A stretch of 64,000 nucleotides of DNA from Candidatus Levyibacteriota bacterium (GTDB lineage Bacteria; Patescibacteriota; Microgenomatia; Levybacterales; UBA12049): positions 529,199-593,198 of the forward strand of contig JACOXT010000003.1 of assembly GCA_016182235.1 (NCBI GenBank), in the 5' to 3' direction. Shown in pieces: positions 57,532-64,000 of this stretch; position 1 is the stretch's first letter; every line of letters starts with the position of its first letter. Both the position numbers and the translations under genes were made by a program. The notes beneath the pieces were generated by a model that did no database searches, was not told where the DNA came from, and saw nothing but the letters and a program-made list of their open reading frames with translations.

Positions 57532-57692
57532 AAAAAACTCCTTGTTTAACTTTCTAACTTTTTACATTGTAAACTAAATTATTATACTTGTCAATGGTAA
57601 AAGAATTAAAAATCCGTTTGTGGATTTGAATTCATTAATTGAACAAAGATTGAAGGAGGTATATCCACCCTTCGAGTATAAATCGTAACGGT

Positions 57693-58295
57693 TTGCCTTC
57701 GAAACCCGAATTTGATAAGCTGGTGGCGATAATGACTAGCCCTGAACGCAGAACCTTTATAAACGTTGAGCCTTCAGAGGAGGTTAAGCGCTTTCTTACT
57801 GAAAACCCCAATGCGCGTTGGGATCAGTGTCTGGGATATGTATTGGATCATTGGCCACAAGTACGAGATGGCAAAATCGATTACTTAGTTGAGGGAGGGA
57901 CGGCATTAAGATTACTTTTCCCACAAAGACAAGACCCGGCAGATGTAGATATTCTTACTCGATCTCAGCAAATGAATAAACACTTTAGAAATTCCCGTAA
58001 GTTTGATGTAAAACACATTACCGATTGGTATGCGTCCCGTTTACATCCATATAATTCAAATGCTTTTGATCAGGAAGGTGGAAACTTCCTATTTGATATG
58101 AATCAGTCAGTCGAATTTGGAAATAGAAAAGTTCTCGTCTTAAACTCTCTTGGTTTGGCTGTCTCTAAAACACTTCGCTATTTGCATCGAGATCTTAGAA
58201 AAAAAGATTTACGAGATCTAACATTGTTAAACCAAGATTCAACTCAGATTCGTCAAATTATAAAAAAAATAAAAACAATATATCCTCAGCCATAA
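57693..58295 (+). CDS. nucleotidyltransferase-fold protein (AbiEii/MNT-like), start uncertain
   Basis: VEGGTALRLLF...ADVDILT resembles the GGTAL...DxD motif of AbiEii-type NTases. The frame is open from 57654. A strong SD-like GAAGGAGG at 57652..57659 has no canonical start after it. Confidence 0.35.
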   Translation: MPSKPEFDKLVAIMTSPERRTFINVEPSEEVKRFLTENPNARWDQCLGYVLDHWPQVRDGKIDYLVEGGTALRLLFPQRQDPADVDILTRSQQMNKHFRNSRKFDVKHITDWYASRLHPYNSNAFDQEGGNFLFDMNQSVEFGNRKVLVLNSLGLAVSKTLRYLHRDLRKKDLRDLTLLNQDSTQIRQIIKKIKTIYPQP

Positions 58296-58371
58296 ACATA
58301 TTTTTATCCCCGTTACCTTCCAGGAGGAACAGCCTCGCCACCTGAACATTCTCATCATAGCTCCTGTGAGC

Positions 58372-58400
58372 TTGTCAATGAGGTATTGGATTGTTATAAT
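58372..58400 (+). promoter_or_regulatory. candidate promoter for tRNA-Lys
   Basis: TTGTCA (58372..58377), a 17-nt spacer, then TATAAT (58395..58400), 8 nt before the tRNA 5' end. Confidence 0.5.
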
Positions 58401-58408
58401 TAATGAGT

Positions 58409-58483
58409 GGGTCGGTAGCTCAGTGGTAGAGCAGGAGCCTTTTAAGCTCTTGGTCCTGGGTTCGAATCCCAGCCGGCTCACCA
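58409..58483 (+). tRNA. tRNA-Lys (anticodon UUU), CCA encoded
   Basis: GGGTCGG-TA-GCTC-AGTGGTA-GAGC-A-GGAGC-CTTTTAA-GCTCT-TGGTC-CTGGG-TTCGAAT-CCCAG-CCGGCTC-A-CCA. Confidence 0.9.
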
Positions 58484-58684
58484 GATAGTTGTAAACCGAC
58501 TGGGGATTGGATTGATATAGAGAGCTAAATGGAACTTGATGGTAATTATTGAAATAGGCAGTGATTTTAAGAATATTAAAATATTAAAAGAAACGAAGGA
58601 AGTAAAACGACTTAAATTGTTTTTTGAGAAATTGGGAATAAGAGGGGTAGAATGGAAAAATGATTAGAAGAAATCTCCTTTAAT

Positions 58685-59076
58685 TTATATATTTAAGAGA
58701 AAAATACTAAGATTTAATATTGAAGCAAAACTAACCCATGCTAAATAAGGCAGTAATATAAACGATGCTTTCTTGTCAATTTTGTAAAACTTAATCATTA
58801 CCATAACTATTAAAATCCACAAAACAATTATATTGACTAAAGACAAGGGAATATTATTCATACCAAAAAAAACAATTGACCAGGTGGCGTTAAATACAAG
58901 ATGAACAGCAAAGAGTTTTAAGGCATCTCTTACTTCTTTTTTCTTTGTTCCTTTAGTCCATATCGATTATACCAATCTTCAATTGAAGAAAGGGTAAATA
59001 CAGTCCCTATCAGGCCGGCGCCTTGGCAAATGGCAATTGAAAGAATTAGTTTTAAAATATTCTTAGGCAGTTTCAC
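58685..59076 (-). pseudogene. TspO/MBR family gene remnant (internal deletion plus frameshift)
   Basis: The GTG-started fragment VKLPKNILKLILSIAICQGAGLIGTVFTLSSIEDWYNRYGLKEQRKKK* is TspO N-terminus-like. In another frame, ...ALKLFAVHLVFNATWSIVFFG...ASFILLPYLAWVSFASILNLSIFLLNI* is the TspO C-terminus. The middle of the protein is missing. Confidence 0.6.
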
Positions 59077-59283
59077 TCTTTAAATATCATTTCAAATTTA
59101 AATACATTTGTAAATACCAAATAAAGTCTAAATTGTAACTAAAAATGATAAAGACACCTTAGATAATTTATTCGTAAAACCATAGAAAGTCTGGATTTTC
59201 GACCTCTTTTATTTCAGGGTCCCAAAGTCTCCATTTTCCATCAATATTTTTAACATCCCAGTAACCCTCAAAATATTTATAGA

Positions 59284-60222
59284 CTATTTCATCATCAACC
59301 ATATCTTTACAATTTTAATAACTGTTGTATCGAGTAACGATTGATACCCCTGCTTCCAGTAATCAAACCCGTGCCCCTTCTTAAAATTGTCTGAAAGTAT
59401 TTCAAATGCTTTTTCTAACTTCCTTACTTTTAAATAGTTATAGAAAGTGGCCACTGCAAAGTCCGCACTTGTCGTGTCATCAAATGTAATTTTCTTAATA
59501 TCTTTTAGTGAATCATCAGCTGTAGACATTTCCAGCCATTTTTGTTTGATAGAGTCCGCAGAAATTCCTAAGCCTAAGCCGGAAAGTCCGGCTGTATTTA
59601 TTGCCACTACTTCTCCGCAAATATTTATCATTGGCCCACCCGATACTCCGGGCGTAAGCGTTGTGTCTGTTTGCAAATATTCCACACCTACATCTTTTGA
59701 TCTTCTTCTGCCAGACAGCGAACCTTTGTTGACAGAAGCCTCGCCAACAAGAGTTCCACCCAAAGGGAAACCTATCGCTAAAAGTTCTTCTGCGGGGTTT
59801 AGTTCTTTCGGATCACCCCAAGAAATAACAGGTAGGTTTTTATTGATTTTAATAATGGCAAGATCAGCGTTTTTATCTGCCATGAGTATTTCTGCTGTCT
59901 GAAATGTATTATCCGGTAGAATAACTTTAGGGCTTGGTTCAAACTCAATAACATGGAAGTTTGTAAGAACAACTCCGCCATCTTTAATTGCAAAACCAGA
60001 ACCTTCGCCCTCTCCGCCTACAATCCGGACAACAGATTGTCGCACTTTCTCGATAGAATCCTTTTCATTACAACCGATTTTTTCAGGACCACCAAGTTTT
60101 GCCTCAATTCTTTCTAGTCGCTTGCTAAGAGTGTCAATTTTAGAACCCGAATAAATCACACCAATAAGCAAGCCAACTAATATAAGGAATCGGGCAAGTG
60201 CGTATACATCAATTCGTTTCAT
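59284..60222 (-). CDS. membrane-anchored trypsin-like (S1) serine protease; the 3' end probably continues in another frame to 59168
   Basis: GSGFAI...LTNFHVI (His), DLAIIKI (Asp), TPGVSGGPMIN (Ser). A 44-codon ORF at 59168..59302 (MVDDEIVYKYFEGYWDVKNIDGKWRLW...) continues the C-terminal domain. Confidence 0.75.
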   Translation of the reverse strand: MKRIDVYALARFLILVGLLIGVIYSGSKIDTLSKRLERIEAKLGGPEKIGCNEKDSIEKVRQSVVRIVGGEGEGSGFAIKDGGVVLTNFHVIEFEPSPKVILPDNTFQTAEILMADKNADLAIIKINKNLPVISWGDPKELNPAEELLAIGFPLGGTLVGEASVNKGSLSGRRRSKDVGVEYLQTDTTLTPGVSGGPMINICGEVVAINTAGLSGLGLGISADSIKQKWLEMSTADDSLKDIKKITFDDTTSADFAVATFYNYLKVRKLEKAFEILSDNFKKGHGFDYWKQGYQSLLDTTVIKIVKIWLMMK

Positions 60223-60240
60223 TTTTTATCAATTTTATTT

Positions 60241-60912
60241 TCATTCATTCAAAGATGTATCTTTTTTATACTTACAATAAATACACAATTCTGAAGAATC
60301 GGGGAGTTTTCCATCAAGAATCTTTTTTGCTTCCAATATCTTATCCTCAACCCAGCTGTCGTCACCATCATAAGGTTGTACTTTAATGTCAAAACTTAAA
60401 TTTCCTTTTGCAAATCCGTTATCTTTATTGACCCGACAATAAACAAAATAACCCCTGTTTTGCACCTTAAAACCATTCTTGCGGAGTATCCACTGGTATA
60501 TTTCCATCTGGCGCTTGTAGCTGTCATACAGTTCGCCCTCTTTGGCTCCGGAGGCCTTATAATCAACTACAATTAAGTTTCCTTTTGAGTCAACCCATAT
60601 ATCGTCAACAGCTCCAAAAATCAAAAAATCAGTTGCAGGGTGGTGATATTGAATCCCAGTAAAGGTGTTTCTCCATTTATCTATGTCCTCGTGCATATAG
60701 GGGATTGCATCAATACCTTCCCGTTCAATAAGATAGTGAGCCGTGCCGTTTTTGCGGTGTTCATCAAATTCTTTTTTGAGAAGAAAATCAACGGCATTAT
60801 TTATCGTATAAGGAGCGCCGAATGGGCGAGCAATACCCTTTCCGGCGTAAAACCAGAAACAACGGGGACAGTCAAATAATAATTCTATTTTTGATCGCGA
60901 TAATTTAATCAT
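60241..60912 (-). CDS. PD-(D/E)XK nuclease (Cas4/RecB-like, Cys-flanked)
   Basis: N-terminal CPRCFW, core GAVDDIWVD...LIVVDYK...QMEIYQWIL, C-terminal CIYCKY. Confidence 0.7.
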   Translation of the reverse strand: MIKLSRSKIELLFDCPRCFWFYAGKGIARPFGAPYTINNAVDFLLKKEFDEHRKNGTAHYLIEREGIDAIPYMHEDIDKWRNTFTGIQYHHPATDFLIFGAVDDIWVDSKGNLIVVDYKASGAKEGELYDSYKRQMEIYQWILRKNGFKVQNRGYFVYCRVNKDNGFAKGNLSFDIKVQPYDGDDSWVEDKILEAKKILDGKLPDSSELCIYCKYKKDTSLNE

Positions 60913-60934
60913 TTTAATATTACTGTACTACTTT

Positions 60935-63900
60935 TTAATTATTTTTAACTGGCAACAAATCCTTATACTGTGGATGTCCTTTTGCGACTAGTCGATGTAT
61001 AAATTCTTGTGCTTTAATTATTGCAACATCATTCTTGCTGTTCAGAACTAATCTGATAACATTACTTAATTCATCTCCCCACGTCGGCACACCCCAACCC
61101 TTTTTATCATTTTCTACCATGAGCTCGGTGCTTGTGATTACTTCAAGAGGAAGCTTGGGTGCAAGTGATTGATACCTTTCAAGTATTAAATGATCTCCCT
61201 CAATATCGCATCCTAATTTTAATGCCTCGCTCAGCATGTCCAGTGACCATTTATCATCAAACTTCTCTGAATATACCCACCAACTAAAATCTTTGAATTC
61301 TTGTATATCTATATGTGGAGTCTTACTAGCTTTAACGACAGCAAGTCTATTCTTAGCCAACGCGACAAATTTAGCTCTTACATCATCGGACATTTCAAGT
61401 TCTTTTGCTGACCTTCCAATAAAATCGATTACTTCTGCTCTCAACTCCAAAGGGGCACATTTATAAAAGTCCTTCAGAATACCTTTGTCTAATGGAAGTT
61501 TTCCTCGACAATAGAATAAAATAAGGTGCTGAGCTAAGTTCTGTTCTGGATTGTGTAGGTGGTGCTTACCATCAGTATGTTTCCCAATTTCGTTCACAGC
61601 TCTTTGGTATTGTGGTAATAGCATAAGAATAAGGTCGTTGTAGGCAGTATTGAATGTTATAAACGTTTCCCAAGCAGCATCAAAATACTTTTGTTCTTCA
61701 GGAAAAATCTTTTGTATGTTTGCTTTTACCCATTCCATGTCGAGCCAGCACAGATTACCCAATCTTTCACCATACAGGGCTCTTATACCCACAGATGGGT
61801 CTTTTGTGGTATCTAGGTGGTCATTCAAGGCTTTCATTACTTCTGGGGCATTTTTAGCAAGATTCCAGTCTTTTCTTTCGTCCTCTGGTATTGAGTTTTT
61901 CAGCCAAATTCCATACCTAATTACTGCTTGGATTGCGTCACCGCGGGTCGAATTTATTGCTACTGTTAATGGATCGTGATCTGACTCTAGCTGTTTTACT
62001 TCTTCTTTAGGAGTGGGGTGGGGATCGTGAGTAAGTGTTTCGATTATTTTCCATACTTTCTCTCTCAACTTTAATGGTATTTTCCCATCCTCCGTATCCA
62101 CTCCTTCTATAATCAATTCCGCTATCGAATTTCTGCTCCAATTCCAATCTGGGTCATCAGCATAAAATCCAGATGGTTTTCTGCCTTTTACCTCAATTGG
62201 CTTCGTCAAAATAGCTAAACATAAATCTAGTAATGGTTCCCAGTCAAATAGTTTTTTCTGTCTCAGAGCGTCTCTATGTCCACTGAAAACAGAACGAACA
62301 AATGTCGGGTCTAGATCTTTGAAAGATGCAAGACTTCCTGACCATTTAGCAGGGTCGTTAGTTATCTGAGATGCAAGAACCCTACTTGTACCTTCTCGTG
62401 ATGTTTCGAGCGGATCGCCATCTGATGACGGTTTCCATTTTTTAAGGAATTCAACAACCTCATCAGGTTTCATTTTATTGAATTGTTCATCAGAGATACT
62501 GCTTTTATATCCCCAACTTGAACCGCCTGACCAAGATCGAAATGAAGGGAATTCAGGCTCCCCAATAGCAGTCACTAGCTCCTCATAATATTTCTTCCAT
62601 GCCGGATCGATTTCTTTAAAAGGCAGTAAATGGTACATCTGCCAATTCTTTCTATACTTTGCAACCTCGCTCTCAGATGGTTCTACTCCTCTTTCTTTAC
62701 ATCTTGCCTTGTAAGCTTCCATGTCTACATCAACACCTTTTTCAATCCATGACCACAGCACTTTTCTTTGTTCTGCCGATAACAGAGATGCACATGTTTC
62801 TGCTAGTAAAAAGAATTCGTGTGTAAGTCTTTGTTTTTCCCCAAACTCTCCTTTATTCATAAGTAGGTGGGTTATTGTCTTTTCATTTCCAGTAGGAAAC
62901 AACCGCAGAAGATGTAGCTCAATTCGTTTGAAAGTTAGTAAGTTCCTTGACTCTAATTCGGTAAGTAAAGTTTCTATTTGATCAGGATGCTTGGTAAGAA
63001 ATCTCTCACAGGCATCACGTATCCCTGTAACCAATACATCTTTAATACCAAACTTATGGTTTTGTGAATGATCCTCAATGGCTGGTCTCCATATTTCGGA
63101 ATAATCGTCATTTGAATCGCTTTCTCTATTAGTATTAGAGTGTTTTATATAGTTCTCGTATTGATCCAGGAGAATTTTGATAGCGTCCAGTCCTGCGACA
63201 TCGACAAAATCGGGAAAATCTTTCTCAAGTATTTCTTCATAGTCGTAATCCCTAATAATGGGGATTGGATCATGGGGGATTTTATGACCACCATATTCAG
63301 GGGCGGGACGCGGATCAGGTTGGATAGCGAGCACTCTGTTAGCGAGTGTCACGGCTTCGCTAATTTTCCCATTTCCCGCGAAATACTTAATAAGCTTCCC
63401 ATATTTCTCAGGGCTCAAAAAGTAGTCAATTTCTTCTATATTTTCAACTATCTGAACAGACATCTCCGCGGGTAGGAGTAACGCTATTTCCAACAAGTCA
63501 CTTCGTACTCGTGTGTTTTCTGTCTCCACATCAAGGCAAATCTCCAACACCTCTCTCTGTTTTTCAGGAATTGCAGCCATCTTTTTCAAGTAAATCCCTT
63601 GTGACCAAAACGGGTAACTCATGCCGCCATCGGGATGTTCCATGGGTGGCGGAGGCGTCTTGAAAAATCCTTCTTTTTTTAATGGAGTTAGCCAGTCGGT
63701 ATTATCGAGTTTTTCAAAGAAATAATTGTATGTTACGGGGCTACTTGGTATTTTTCCTTTTAAAGTAGCAATATCTTTTTTCCCTATCGTAGTTTTTGCC
63801 AGTAACTCATCAAGTAATCCAATGAACCCTAAATAATTCGCTTCCATCCTGTTAAGTAACACGTCCAGTAATGCCTGCATCCCAACCCATAATTCATCAA

Positions 63901-64000
63901 ACGTTGATCCTGACTCCCGTGGTCTGTCCAACGAGTTGCGGTGAGCAAGGTGATGGAGTGCAATTTCTTCCTGTTTATTAGCAATCCTTATCCAAAGTTT
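60935..64000 (-). CDS. large protein of unknown function (over 1020 aa; N-terminus outside window)
   Basis: The frame stays open past the track's TTG at 63931 to the window edge (...KLWIRIANKQEEIALHHLAHRNS-LDRPRESG...). The composition is W/P/D/E-rich and looks helical-repeat-like. No Walker A or other catalytic motif is seen in the visible part. Confidence 0.8.
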   Translation of the reverse strand, partial: KLWIRIANKQEEIALHHLAHRNSLDRPRESGSTFDELWVGMQALLDVLLNRMEANYLGFIGLLDELLAKTTIGKKDIATLKGKIPSSPVTYNYFFEKLDNTDWLTPLKKEGFFKTPPPPMEHPDGGMSYPFWSQGIYLKKMAAIPEKQREVLEICLDVETENTRVRSDLLEIALLLPAEMSVQIVENIEEIDYFLSPEKYGKLIKYFAGNGKISEAVTLANRVLAIQPDPRPAPEYGGHKIPHDPIPIIRDYDYEEILEKDFPDFVDVAGLDAIKILLDQYENYIKHSNTNRESDSNDDYSEIWRPAIEDHSQNHKFGIKDVLVTGIRDACERFLTKHPDQIETLLTELESRNLLTFKRIELHLLRLFPTGNEKTITHLLMNKGEFGEKQRLTHEFFLLAETCASLLSAEQRKVLWSWIEKGVDVDMEAYKARCKERGVEPSESEVAKYRKNWQMYHLLPFKEIDPAWKKYYEELVTAIGEPEFPSFRSWSGGSSWGYKSSISDEQFNKMKPDEVVEFLKKWKPSSDGDPLETSREGTSRVLASQITNDPAKWSGSLASFKDLDPTFVRSVFSGHRDALRQKKLFDWEPLLDLCLAILTKPIEVKGRKPSGFYADDPDWNWSRNSIAELIIEGVDTEDGKIPLKLREKVWKIIETLTHDPHPTPKEEVKQLESDHDPLTVAINSTRGDAIQAVIRYGIWLKNSIPEDERKDWNLAKNAPEVMKALNDHLDTTKDPSVGIRALYGERLGNLCWLDMEWVKANIQKIFPEEQKYFDAAWETFITFNTAYNDLILMLLPQYQRAVNEIGKHTDGKHHLHNPEQNLAQHLILFYCRGKLPLDKGILKDFYKCAPLELRAEVIDFIGRSAKELEMSDDVRAKFVALAKNRLAVVKASKTPHIDIQEFKDFSWWVYSEKFDDKWSLDMLSEALKLGCDIEGDHLILERYQSLAPKLPLEVITSTELMVENDKKGWGVPTWGDELSNVIRLVLNSKNDVAIIKAQEFIHRLVAKGHPQYKDLLPVKNN

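Noticed and set aside
58239-58481. 80-aa minus-strand ORF
   Set aside because: It is antisense to tRNA-Lys and its promoter, and is a translation artefact of the tRNA sequence.
58539-58667. 42-codon ORF MVIIEIGSDFKNIKILKETKEVKRLKLFFEKLGIRGVEWKND
   Set aside because: It has no SD and no recognisable family, and lies in a decayed region. It is too weak to call as a gene and is mentioned only as part of the decay zone.

Overview
Low-GC, very tightly packed bacterial chromosome segment. Overlapping stop/start codons and convergent 3' overlaps are common, and no rRNA, CRISPR array, transposase or integrase is visible. The standard genetic code fits, since UGA is used as a stop. The gene content suggests a reduced-genome Patescibacteria/CPR-like organism; this is an inference from content, not a database hit. 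Content in order: (1) 1-8.5 kb, envelope glycosylation cluster. (2) 9.3-9.5 kb, an unusual tRNA locus: a complete tRNA-Thr(CGU) nested inside a second, doubly interrupted tRNA-like gene. (3) pyrE-pyrF-LOG-like-pyrD. (4) A complete F1Fo ATP synthase operon. (5) dnaE. (6) murT-gatD-gatC-gatA(frameshifted)-unknown-gatB. (7) htpX, lemA, polX. (8) tRNA-Asp, a LysM protein, tRNA-Gly. (9) A divergent two-component pair whose response regulator has a membrane/PH-like output. (10) pyrG-rplS-yraN, then uvrB/lexA divergent, then rsmI. (11) A PLP enzyme followed by two large orphan proteins (612 and 717 aa). (12) gpmA-eno-truncated PEP-utilizing protein-PMM/PGM. (13) holA-like and small hydrolases, secreted GH, SGNH and M10 enzymes. 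(14) A PIN/AbrB toxin-antitoxin pair. (15) tRNA-Lys followed by a decayed, compositionally atypical region: TspO pseudogene, 3'-frameshifted serine protease, PD-(D/E)XK nuclease, and a protein over 1000 aa running off the window. The nested tRNA locus is the most unusual signal that can be read directly from the sequence. All functional calls come from motif recognition by eye; no searches were run.
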